The notes beneath the pieces are model-generated. The model saw only the letters and a program-made list of their open reading frames with translations, did no database searches and was not told where the DNA came from. The translations under genes and the position numbers were made by a program. A DNA stretch of 64,000 nt from Anthoceros angustus (taxonomy: Eukaryota; Plantae; Anthocerotophyta): positions 186,001 to 250,000 of the forward strand of contig VJWM01000186.1 in NCBI GenBank assembly GCA_010909165.1. The letters are read 5' to 3'. Below, piece after piece: positions 23,041 to 34,800 of this stretch. How positions within the stretch are numbered: position 1 is the stretch's first letter; each line of letters opens with the position of its first letter.

Positions 23041-25835
23041 GTAGTCACATGTCGTTCAGGAGGCAAAGGGCATCTACAAGTGTCGGGCGGAAAGGTGGAT
23101 CGACCATCCAACGTTGTCAAGGAAAGTTGCGCTGCAGTTGATGTAAAGGCAAGCTGTAAGGACGTCAGTGAGAAGGAATCAAAGGCCAAACATACTTGGC
23201 AGATATGTGGAGACTTGGCTGGGGAGGATCAGCTGAGAATTACCAGCATGTTATAAAGGAATCGACAAGCTTTCGCATTCAACTAGGAGGAGTTGAGAAG
23301 ATATGATTGCATAAAATTCAGAATTGAGACCACCACGACTGAGCCAGTATTCAGAAGAAGACACAAACTCAGTCCCTCAGAATGGGACATTGTAGACAAG
23401 CGATGCAAAGAGTTGGAGGCAGCCAGTTTGATCAGGAAGTCGACTTCTCGGTATGCTGCGGCCACAGTGTTGCCTCTTCAAAAAAGATGAAAATGGCGAG
23501 TGGAAGGATAGGCACATGTGTGGCGATTATCGAGCCCTGAATGAGGTGAATCCCATGGAACGATACCCGATGCCTACTCCTGATGAGATCTTTGATGCCA
23601 TTGGGGAAGCCACCTATTTTACCACGTTAGATTTTCGATCCGGGTTCAACCAATTTGTCATTGAGGAAGGTGACAAATGCAAAACAGCTTTTTGGGGTAA
23701 GGAGCTGTGGGAGTGGGAGAATATGCCGTTCGGACTCAAGAATGCGTCCATCTATTTTCATGAGGGTAGCTGACTTGGAGTTGCAAGGGCTAACATTCGT
23801 GAAATGCTATATCGATGACATTATGGTATTCAGCAACAGCTGGAGGAGCATCTAGAACATCTAGAGATTTTGCTGCAAAGATTATCAAGCTCGGGGCTGA
23901 AGGCCCACTCGAAGAAATGCAAGTTTGCGTACAAGGAAATCGAATACTTGGGACATAAGATTGTGCCGGGAGGAGTACAGCCCCAATTGGCCAAGGTACA
24001 GGCTGTCAATCTTATGCCAAGGCCCAAGGACGTTGCTGCCTTAAGAGCTTTTCTAGGACTTGTTAATTATTATCGGAGGTCCATCAGGAACATGAGCGGT
24101 ACATGTAGGGTGTTATATGAACTACTGAAGAAGGGCACTCAATGGCATTGGGAACAGGAGCATGAGCAGGCATGGAATGATTTGAAGGAGCAACTAGCAG
24201 AAAGACCAGTGCTCATAAGGCCCAACTTTGATAAACCATTCATATTATATACGGATTGGAGTGCAGCGGGCATAGGTGCTGTGCTTGTTCAAACAGACCA
24301 AAGTGGTGAGGAACGAGTCGTGGCATACGCAAGTAGATCTAACAATTCAGCTGAGGCAAACTACTCCTCCTATGAAGGGGAATGTTTGGCTATAGTGTGG
24401 GCCGTCTTGCATTTTCGTGTGTATTTGTTTGGGCGTAGTTTTCAGCTGGTGGTGATCAACGAGGCTAGCAACGCAAGTAGTCACATGTCGAGGCAAAGGG
24501 CATCTACAAGTGTCGGGCGGAAAGGTGGATCGACCATCCAACGTTGTCAAGGAAAGTGTTGCTTGATGTAAAGGCAAAGGACGCCGGAGAAGGAATCAAA
24601 GGCCAAACATACTTGGCAGATATGTGGAGACTTGGCTGGGGAGGATCAGATGAGAATTACCAGCATGTTATAAAGGAATCGACAAGCTTTCGCATTCAAC
24701 TAGGAGGAGTTGAGAAGATATGATTGCATAAAATTCAGAATTGAGACCACCACGACTGAGCCAGTATTCAGAAGAAGACACAAACTCAGTCCCTCAGAAT
24801 GGGACATTGTAGACAAGCGATGCAAAGAGTTGGAGGCAGCTTTGATCGTGAAGTCGACTTCTCAGATGTCAGAAGTTGTTGCCTCTTCAAAAAGATGAAA
24901 ATGGCGAGTGGAAGGATAGGCACATGTGTGGCGATTATCGAGCCTCGAATGAGGTGAATCCATGGAACGACACCGATGCCTACTCGATGAGATCTTTGAT
25001 GCCATTGGGGAAGCCACCTATTTTACCACGTTAGATTTTCGATCCGGGTTCAACCAATTTGTCATTGAGGAAGGTGACAAATGCAAAACAGCTTTTTGGG
25101 GTCAAACCTGTGGAGTGGGAGAATATGCCGTCGGACTCAAGAATGCGTCCATCTATTTTCGGAGGGTAGCTGACTTGGAGTTGCTAACATTCGTGAAATG
25201 CTATATCGATGACATTATGGTATTCAAGCCGAGGAGCATCTAGAACATCTAGAGATTTTGCTGCAAAGATTATCAAGCTCGGGCTGAAGGCCCACTCAAG
25301 AAATGCAAGTTGCAAGGAATCGAATACTTGGGACATAAGATTGTGCCGGAGGAGTACAGCCCCAATTGGCCAAGGTACAGGCTGTCAATCTTATGCCAAG
25401 GCCCAAGGACGTTGCTGCCTTAAGAGCTTTTCTAGGACTTGTTAATTATTATCTGAGGTCCATCGTGAACATGAGTACATGTAGGTGTTATATGAACCAG
25501 AAGAAGGGCACTCAATGGCATTGGGAACAGGAGCATGAGCAGGCATGGAATGATTTGAAGGAGCAACTAGCAGAAAGACCAGTGCTCATAAGGCCCAACT
25601 TTGATAAACCATTCATATTATATACTGGATTGGAGTGCAGCATATAGGTGCTGTGGCTTGTTCAAACAGCACCAAAGTGGTGAGGAACGAGTCGTGGCAT
25701 ACGCAAGTAGATCTAACAATTCAGCCGAGGCAAACTACTCCTCCTATGAAGGGGAATGTTTGGCTATAGTGTGGGCCGTCTTGCATTTTCGTGTGTATTT
25801 GTTTGGGCGTAGTTTTCAGCTGGTGACTGATCAAC
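23015..25835 (+). repeat. Tandem duplication of the RT-RH segment (~1.4 kb x2)
   Basis: Copy 1 is 23015-24452; copy 2 is 24453-25835 and indel-rich. TGATCAAC microhomology at the junction. Confidence 0.9.
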
Positions 25836-26510
25836 AGCCGTTGCACTGGTTTATGACAAACATGAAGTTGAGCGAGAAGCTTGCTAGGTGGGCGCTATTG
25901 CTTTCAGAGTATGATATGCAGATAGTGCACAGGGCAGGCAAGGTGCATCATAATGCTGATGGATTCAGCAGGAATCCGATGATGAGTGAGAAGGATGCCA
26001 CTGGGGCACGACAAGACTTTGGAATAGTGAAATCTATGCCCAGCGTGTTCATGGCGCTCATGGCCACAATGCAAGAAGCTAGCGGGTGGCTTGGTGACAC
26101 TGTCCGAGATATTTGGAAACTTGAGCGAGCTGTACAATTGTTGCAGACCGGACGGGTGGATGGTTTGAATGACGCTGCAACCCAAAAGTTGCAAGATAGA
26201 GTAGCGAGATGCACCTGGAAAGATGGCAAGATGTTCATTGAAGATCATGGTGTGATGAAAGAGGTGCCACCTGTTAATGAGCGAGAGAAAATATTGACTA
26301 AGGTGCATAAAACCCTTGGACACTTTGGGGTGAAGAGAACACGCTATATGCTAAGACATAGTTATTTCTGGTCAGGCATGAGTTCAGATGTTGAGAGAGT
26401 AGTGGCCAAGTGTGCCGGGATCAAGGGAATGAATTTCAAGGGGAATTTCAGGCCCTGCTTGATAGAAGTTTGATCGATCACCGACGGACGTCAAGGGATC
26501 ATCCGCAAGC

Positions 26511-28932
26511 GGATGGACTAGCGGAGAGACTGGTGCAGACGTTCAAGGATTCACTTCGTAAATACTATATGGAGGTTGAACCCAATTGTTGGGATGAATT
26601 ACTTCCTTATGTGGCGTTGGGTTACAGGATCAGTGTACAAGCAGCGTTGGGCAGTTTCAGTCCTTATTTTATCATGTTTGGAAGGAATGCAGTGCTGCCT
26701 AACATTGTCGCAGACACATATTCTAAACCGGTGAACTGGGCCAGAAATCCGAGTGAATGCTTTCAGCAGTTGCAGAACAGGGCCTAGTTGTTGCAGAGGG
26801 TCATTCCAATGGCCATGGATAATTTGGCTATTGCCCAGCACCGAGATCAGCTTAGGTATGCATTTACACGTGGAGGTTCTTAGAAACCCAAGGCAAGAAA
26901 GTTTGAAGTAGGGGACTTTGTATACCTTGAGCATAGACCTTCAGGTACACTCGATGTGAGCACAGAAAGATTGATTTTGAGAGTGGTAGCTATAGGAGAA
27001 CAAGGAGTGGTTGAGCTAGAAGGACAAGATGGGCGTCGTTGCAAGGAACACATGCATTACCTTGCACCGTGTCACTTACCCAATTTGGATACCAGAATAC
27101 AGCCACAGGCTTGGAAGCCGCCGATTGATTTACCATGTGAACTTTGTGGTCATATGACGGAGCCTGAGATGCTTTTGTGTGACCGATGCAACAAAGGGTA
27201 TCATAGTTTTTGCCTACGGCCACCTTTGAAAATGATCCCGGAAGGGGACTGGTTCTGTCAAAGATGTTCGACACGAGTGAATGATCAAAAGGAAAATGAG
27301 GCACCAGGTGGAGATCAAGCAGGTTCAGTGCGGTTAAACCCCAACTTACCATAAGCAAATTAGTCCGAATAAAGCACGCCCGCTTGTGGTCAGTGTCAAA
27401 CAGCAAGGTGCAAACGCGAGCGAAGCGCAATGCTGAGCACACAAGCAGGAGAGGGCAACGAGACCAGGCAGCATAGAAGTAGTGGTTTACCATGTGCTTT
27501 TAGGATCACATATAGAAGAGCAAGCACGATGATTCAAGAAAGATTTGGTAGCAGTGCAGATTGGGTCTCAACTGAAGCTAGAGCTGCGTGCGCGACAGGA
27601 GGGCAAGTCACGGGCGATTACATCTGTGGTGGGAGGTTCCCGGGACCCCCGGAACCCTCAGCCCTGTAGCGGCCACACTTATCCTTGTTGGTTCGTACAG
27701 TGGGTTTCGTTCCCACGAAGGGTGGGGAGCCCTTCCCGCGGATGGACTAGCGGAGAGACGTGACGCTCAAGGATTCACTTCAAATACTATATGGAGGTTG
27801 AACCCAATTGTTGGGATGAATTACTTCCTTATGTGGCGTTGGGTTACAGGATCGGTGTACAAGCAGCGTTAGGCAGTTTCAGTCCTTATTTTATCATGTT
27901 TGGAAGGAATGCTTGCCTAACATTGTCGCGAACATATTCTAAACCGTGAACTGGGCCGAAATCAGTGAATGCTTTCAGCAGCGTAATGGGCCTAGTTGTT
28001 GCAGAGGGTCATTCCAATGGCCATGGATAATTTGGCTATTGCCCAGCACCGAGATCAGCTTAGGTATGCATTTACAGTGGAGGTTCTTAGAAACCCAAGG
28101 CAAGAAAGTTTGAAGTAGGGGACTTTGTATACCTTGAGCATAGACCTTCGTGTACACTGTGAGCATGAAAGATTGATTTTGAGAGTGGTAGCTATAGGAG
28201 AACAAGGAGTGGTTGAGCTAGAAGGACAAGATGCGCCATGGTAAGGAACACATGCATTACCTTGCACCGTGTCACTTACCCAATTTGGATACCGAATACA
28301 GCCCAGGCTTGGAAGCGCCGATTGATTTACCATGTGAACTTTGTGGTCATATGACGGAGCCTGAGATGCTTTTGTGTGACCGATGCAACAAAGGGTATCA
28401 TAGTTTTTGCCTCGGCCACCTTTGAAAATGATCCGGGGGACCGGTTCTCTGCCAAAGATGTTCGACACGAGTGAATGATCAAAAGGAAAATGAGGCACGG
28501 TGGAGATCAAGGTTCGGGCATGGTTAAACCCCAACTTACCATAAGCAAATTAGTCCGAATAAAGCACACGCCCGCTTGTGGTCGTCAAACAAGGTGCAAA
28601 CGCGAGCGAAGCGCAATGCTGAGCACACAAGCAGGAGAGGGCAACGAGACCAGGCAGCATAGAAGTAGTGGTTTACCATGTGCTTTTAGGATCACATATA
28701 GAAGAGCAAGCACGATGATTCAAGAAAGATTTGGTAGCAGTGCAGATTGGGTCTCAACTGAAGCTAGAGCTGCGTGCGCGACAGGAGGGCAAGTCACGGG
28801 CGATTACATCTGTGGTGGGAGGTTCCCGGGACCCCCGGAACCCTCAGCCGTATGCCACACTTATCCCACGCTGGTCTTGACAAGAGGTTTCTGCCCCACG
28901 AAGGAGTGGGGAGCCCTTCCCGCATGGATGGA
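26511..28932 (+). repeat. Tandem duplication of the IN-PHD-3' segment (~1.2 kb x2)
   Basis: Copy 1 is 26511-27739; copy 2 starts at 27740 and is indel-rich. GGATGGA microhomology. Confidence 0.9.
27136..27267 (+). CDS. PHD finger at the integrase C-terminus
   Basis: CELCGHMTEPEMLLCDRCNKGYHSFCLRPPLKMIPEGDWFCQRC is a canonical C4HC3, in frame with the integrase tail (ORF 26956-27354). A decayed duplicate lies at ~28330-28460. Confidence 0.92.
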
Positions 28933-29310
28933 GGTGCGCCCTCCACGGTGACCTCTCGACTCTCTGACCTCCCGTCACAGGCGCCCGTGACTAGCGCCCC
29001 TCCTACTAGCGCCACCTCGGGGTGACACTAGGTAAGTCACACTACCCTCGGCGATGACTCGGTGGCGGACCTCGTCGCGAGAGGCCCAATCTGCTGGCGA
29101 CCCACAGGGACCCCAAATCACCGTCTGGTGGGCAATCCTCCCACCAGCGCAAATCCTACACTTCCTAAGACCCTTCTCTTGACAAATTTGGGGCCTCCCC
29201 TCAAGCTCTTATCCTGACTTGAAATTTCACCTTCCTCTCTTCTAGATTGCTCTCACACTTTTCTTCCTCCTCTCTTCTCTTTTGTCTTTTCTCTTTTCTC
29301 TCTTGCTCCT

Positions 29311-29315
<5 letters not shown>

Positions 29316-29350
<35 letters not shown>
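29316..29350. repeat. (CT)n microsatellite
   Basis: Direct reading. It lies in a pyrimidine-rich tract that reads as ER repeats on -. Confidence 0.95.
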
Positions 29351-29356
<6 letters not shown>

Positions 29357-31812
29357 TTTCTCTCTTTCTCCTCTCTTCTCCTCTCTTCTCTAATCTACCT
29401 CTTCCACTCTTCCTAGCTTCTTCTCCAGTCAACTAGGCGCCCCTCACAGCCTCCAGCCGCCTCGGATCATAGGCGGTGCCCTCACGGACCTAGGCCGGAC
29501 ATTTGGCTGCAGGTCGTCGCTGGATTTTGCTAGGGTCTTCCCTCACCAGCCGCATCGTCTGCAACCACAATGCTCCTCACCAGCCTGCGCCCGTCTGCAA
29601 CCACAATGCGCTCCTCACGCTCGAACACTCCCACTGCTACCTCAACAAAGAAAGGTTTGGGGCCCCGCCCTCACCACAGTCACCGCACCTCAAGACCCTA
29701 CGGACACCATGCACCCTCACCACGGTGCGCGCTTGTGTAGCAAACAAGCACACACATGTCGAGAGCAAGGCATGACATTTTATTATAGAGCTCCTCCCCT
29801 CTTATAGGAGCTCCCCAAACCCTAGCATTAATTAAGTCCGTGGGGTAGGTGGGGTTGCTTCACGGTTTTAAGTAGGTGGCCTCTTAAAGGTTCTTAACCT
29901 ACCTCCTAACAATCCCACTAACCCCTAGGGTCTTAATGACCCCTTCACTCCCCTACCAACTATCTCCTACTTCTTCTTGGCGTTGGCATGGCGGGCGCCC
30001 AACCACCCATCTTCCTCCTCTTGGCTTGGGGGTGTCCCCGTCAGGATCTCTCTCACTCGTCGTCGCGGACGGGAACCTCACACTTCTCGTGATGCTGATT
30101 GATGAAGTGGAGCACGCCCCTCTTGCAGGCGCTCTTGTAGAGCAGCCTCTGTAACCACCTCCGCCCCCAATTACCTCAGGCGGTTGGGTGTTGGTGCAAC
30201 TCACATCCTGAGACACCCCACCAACTCTACTGCTGGAAATCTCTTCCTCTTCCATTGGCTCCTCCACAGCCTTGCATCCATTTCACTCTCCAAGTCACAG
30301 ATCTCGAGGCGGTCTGAATTCCTTCAAAATCTCCATCGTCATCGTGGGGACCCAACAACTTCCTTGTCAACAAGGCGCATCTCCTTGGCAAACTTGTTGA
30401 CCTAGCATGTAAGTGGACTGCATCTCCGGCCCTTCAAACAAATCTCATCAAATTCCTCGAGGCCACTCTCCACAGGCTATCTTGCCATAGCATCCCTCTT
30501 GAGAGTCACCTCACTCAAGCAGGCTGTAGTGACATTTTTGGTGCATCTCTCTTCCATGCCTCCGGTATCCCTTTGCCATGCATAGTCGGCTGGGCGTTGC
30601 TTCTGACGACCCGACATCACGATGCATCATTTTCCTCCGGTGGGCTACCTCTTCCTTCCACCGTTGGTCGACCTCCGTTGCTTGCTTTGTGAGCTCCTCA
30701 CGCTCGAACACTCCATGCTACCTCAACAAAGAAAGGTTTGGGGCCCCGCCTGCCACAGTCACCGCACCTCAAGACCCTACCGGACACCATGCACCCTCAC
30801 GGTTGGCACGCACGCTTGTGTAGCAAACAAGCACACCTGGTCGGAGAGCAAGGCATGACATTTTATTATGGGAGCTCCTCCCCTCTTATAGGAGCTCCCC
30901 AAACCCTAGCATTAATTAAGTGCAGTGGGGTAGGTGGGGTTGCTTCACGTTTTAAGTAGGTGGCCTCTTAAAGGTTCTTAACCTACCTCCTAACAATCCC
31001 ACTAACCCCTAGGGTCTTAATGACCCATTTCCCCTACCAACTATTCTCCTACTTCTTCTTGGGCGTTGGCATGGCGGGCGCCCAACCACCCATCTTCCTC
31101 CTCTTGCTGGGGGATCCCCGTCAGGATCTCTCCGTCGTCGGGGCCTCACCTCTCGGCGTGCGTTGATGAAGCTGGGCAGCCCCCTCTTGCAGGCGCTCTT
31201 GTAGAGCAGCCTCTGTAACCACCTCCGCCCCCAATTACCTCAAGGCGGTTGGGTGTTGGTGCAACTCCTGTCCTGCCAGACACCCCCACCAACCCTACCG
31301 GCTTGCTGGAAATCTCCTCCTCTTCCATTGGCTCCTCCCAAACTAAGCCTTCTGCATCCATTTCACTCTCCAAGTCCTGAATCTCCGAAGCTGAGGGTCG
31401 CAATTCCTCCAAAATCTCCCTGTCGTCATCATGGGGACCCAGCAACTTCCTCGTCAACAAGGAGCGCATCTCCTTGGCAAACTTGTTGACCCTGGCATGT
31501 AGGTGGACTTGCATCTCCTGTCCCTTCAAACAAATCTCATCAAAGTCCTCAGGCTACTCTCCTGAGGCTAACTTGCCATAAAGCATCCCTCTCAGCGTCA
31601 CCTCACTCAAGCAGGCATGTGGTGACATTTTCGGCTGCATCTCTTCCATGCCTCCGGTATCCCTGTTGCCATGCATAGTCGGCTGGGCGTTGCTTCTGAC
31701 GACCAGCATGCATCATTTTCCTCCGGTGGCCACTCTTCCTTCCACCGTTGGTCGACCTCCGTTGCTTGCTTTGTGAGCTCCTCACGTTCCTTGCTCCATG
31801 TGGCTCCTTCCT

Positions 31813-31822
<10 letters not shown>

Positions 31823-31857
<35 letters not shown>
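31823..31857. repeat. (CT)n microsatellite (duplicated copy)
   Basis: Direct reading. Confidence 0.95.
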
Positions 31858-31861
<4 letters not shown>

Positions 31862-34800
31862 CTCTCTTTTCTCCTCTCTTCTCCTCTCTTCTCTAATCTA
31901 CCTCTTCCACTCTTCCTAGCTAACTTCTCATTACAGGCGCCCTCCAGCCTCCACCAGCCTCGGATCATAGGCGGTGCCCTCACGGACCTAGGCAGACATT
32001 TGGCTGCAGCGTCCGCGTGCTGGTTTGCTAGGGACCTCCCTCCGACTGCCGCGTCACGCGACCACAATGCGCTCCTCACGCTCGAACACTCCCACTGCTA
32101 CCTCAACAAAGAAAGGTTTGGGGCCCCGCCCACTGTCACCCCTCAAGACCCTACGGACACCATGCACCCTCACCGGTCGCACGCTTGTGTAGCAAACAAG
32201 CACACACAGTCGGGAGCAAGGCATGACATTTTATTATGGGAGCTCCTCCCCTCTTATAGGAGCTCCCCAAACCCTAGCATTAATTAAGTCTGGGGTAGGT
32301 GGGGTTGCTTACGGTTTTAAGTAGGTGGCCTCTTAAAGGTTCTTAACCTACCTCCTAACAATCCCACTAACCCCTAGGGTCTTAATGACCCCTTCACTCC
32401 CCTACCAACTATTCTCTTCTTCTTGGGCGTTGGCATGGCGGGCGCCCAACCACCGCCTTCCTCCTCTTGGGGGGAGTGTCCCCGTCCGATCTCTCTCACT
32501 CGTCGTCTGACGGGGCCTCACACACTGTCTCGGCGATCTTGTATGATGAAGTGGGCGTACCCCTCTTGCAGGCGCTCTTGTAGAGCAGCCTCTCTGTAAC
32601 CACCATCGCCAATTACCTCAGGCGGTTGGGTGTTAGTGTCACTCTGCCAGACACCCCACCAACTCTACGGCTGCTGGAAATCTCTTCCTCTTCCATTGGC
32701 TCCTCCCAAACTAAGCCGCATCCACTCTCCAAGTCCCGAATCTCTCAGGCAGGGTGTCTTCCAAAATCTGTCATCATCGTGGGGACCCAACAACTTCCTT
32801 GTCAACAAGGCGCATCTCCTTGGCAAACTTGTTGACCCTGGCATGTAGGTGGACCTGCATCTCCTGTCCCTTCAAACAAATCTCATCAAATTCCTCAGGC
32901 CACTCTCCTGAGGCTAACTTGCTTCGCAAAGCATCCCTCTCAAGCGTCACCTCACTCAAACGAAGCTGTAAGGTAACATTTTCGGCTGCATCTCTCTTCC
33001 ATGCCTCCAGTATCCCTTGTTGCCATGCATAGTCAGCCTGGAAGCGTTGCTTCCTGACGACCAGCATGCGATGCATCATTTTCCTCCGGTGGGCTACCTC
33101 TTCCTTCCACCGTTGGTGGTCACCTCCGTTGCTTGCTTCTCCTCACTCCTTGCTCCATGTGGCTGTCCTTCCTCCGGCTCCTTGAGCTTGGCCTCCGATT
33201 CTTCATTCTTGGCTTGGCCTCGGCCTCCCAGGGCAGTCTTGAATCGTCCCCCATTCTCCTCTTCTCGGCTGAAGAATGAAATTCTTCTTGCCACTCCTTC
33301 CCACCAGACGTCTCCTCAATTTTACGATTGAGGTAGCCACTTCCTTCATTCGCTCCCTACTTTCTTGTCTCGGCCTGTTCTTCAATCTTCTTTGAGCCCC
33401 AACCTTCTCTCGGGTCAACTAGGCGCCTTTCGCGCCATCTCCTTGATAGCCTTGCTATCCTTCTCCCCCACTGTGGCAATCGGGCGTCTGACGGCTCTCA
33501 CCTCCAACTCCTCTACTTCCTGTAAGGCCTGCTTCACTAATGGAGTGTCAATTAGGCAGGATGGTGTGAGATCCTTCAAAGCCTTTGTCTTCTCATTTCC
33601 CCTCACAGGTTGACTCTGCCTTTCTCTTGGTGGCGGTCTCTCCACTCGACTAATGATGTTGGGTGGGAACTCACTTGACTCGGTCATCTCACAGGTGGTT
33701 AGTTCCACCACCCTGCTCCATGGGGGTTGCCTCCTGTACACATGGTGGCACTGCCACCTCTTCCTCTTGTGCCTTGTCTCCCCACAGGGCGGCACTTCTC
33801 CTTCCTTGGCGACGGGGTGGTCTCATCATCCAAGATCACCACACGGTGAAGCACTCCCTTGCTCCACCTTGGGTTCCTCCTCCGCCTTCTTCACCTTCTT
33901 GGAGAGGGACCCTGTCTGTCCTCGGAGGGACCACTTCAAGCGGTGGTAAGACTCCTCCAGCTCTTCTTTGTAAGTAACCCATGTGCCCCCTGCGCACAAG
34001 GTAAGTACTCAAATGGTTGTGTCTCGCCCCTCATTATCCACAATGTTTGGCCTCGTGACTTGTCTCGGTGATGCTCATAGGCCTTGACATGGTTGTCCCA
34101 GTCGGTGAGCTCCTTGCTTCAACTTCCACATGAAATGAAAGAATGCCTTTGAAGTGGGTGGTTGTGACTGGTCAGCCCCAAAACTATCCTTGTAAAAGTT
34201 TCCACTTGAGGTCAGCAATCTTATCATCCTCCAGCCTTGAGCTTGGCCTCCGCTTCATTTTTGGCTTGGGCAGCCTCGCCCCTCCGACGCCTTCAACTGT
34301 CCCTATTCTCGCTCTTCTCACCAATGAGAGTTGCTGCCACTCCTTCCACATCGATGCCTCCTCAATTTTCTCTGATTGAGGTAGCCACTTCCTTCATTCG
34401 CTCCCTACTTTCTTGTCTCGCCTGTCTTCAATCTTGCGAGCCCCAACCTTCTCTCCAGTCAACTAGGCGCCCTTCGCCATCCATCTCGATAGCCTTGCTA
34501 TCCTTCTCCCACCGATCAGAGGCACGCCACCGTCCCGACGCGCCTCACCTCCAACTCTACTCTCGTAAGGCCTTCACTAGTGGAGTGTCAATTAGCCGAT
34601 GATGGTCAGCAGATCCTTCAAAGCCTTTGTCTTCTCATTCCCTCCCGTCACCGACCGCCTTTCTCGCTGGGCCTCCACTCCCGACTAATGATATTGGGTG
34701 GGACTCGTGACGGCCATCTCCCGGGTGGGTTAGTTCCACCATCCCGCCCATATGGGTTGCCTCTCAGACACATGGTGGCACCGCCACCTTCCTTTGTGCC

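Larger units (their letters stand above)
22516..28930 (+). mobile_element. Ty3/gypsy pol with DNMT-RT-RNase H-integrase-PHD architecture (decayed, with two internal tandem duplications; no LTR identified)
   Basis: RT: MCGDYRALN, TLDFRSGFNQ, KTAF, MPFGLKNA, YIDDI. RH: FILYTDWSAAGIGAVL, YEGECLAIVWAV, VTDQQPL. IN: HKTLGHFG..YFW..C, DQGNEF, HPQADGLAER, with an internal deletion near 26420. PHD follows IN. Confidence 0.88.

Noticed and set aside
28231-28460. A second, independent PHD gene
   Set aside because: It is the indel-rich tandem copy of the integrase PHD at 27136-27267.
31603-32079. ER-repeat protein as a separate gene
   Set aside because: The ORF arises from a (CT)n microsatellite within duplicated ORF A fragments.
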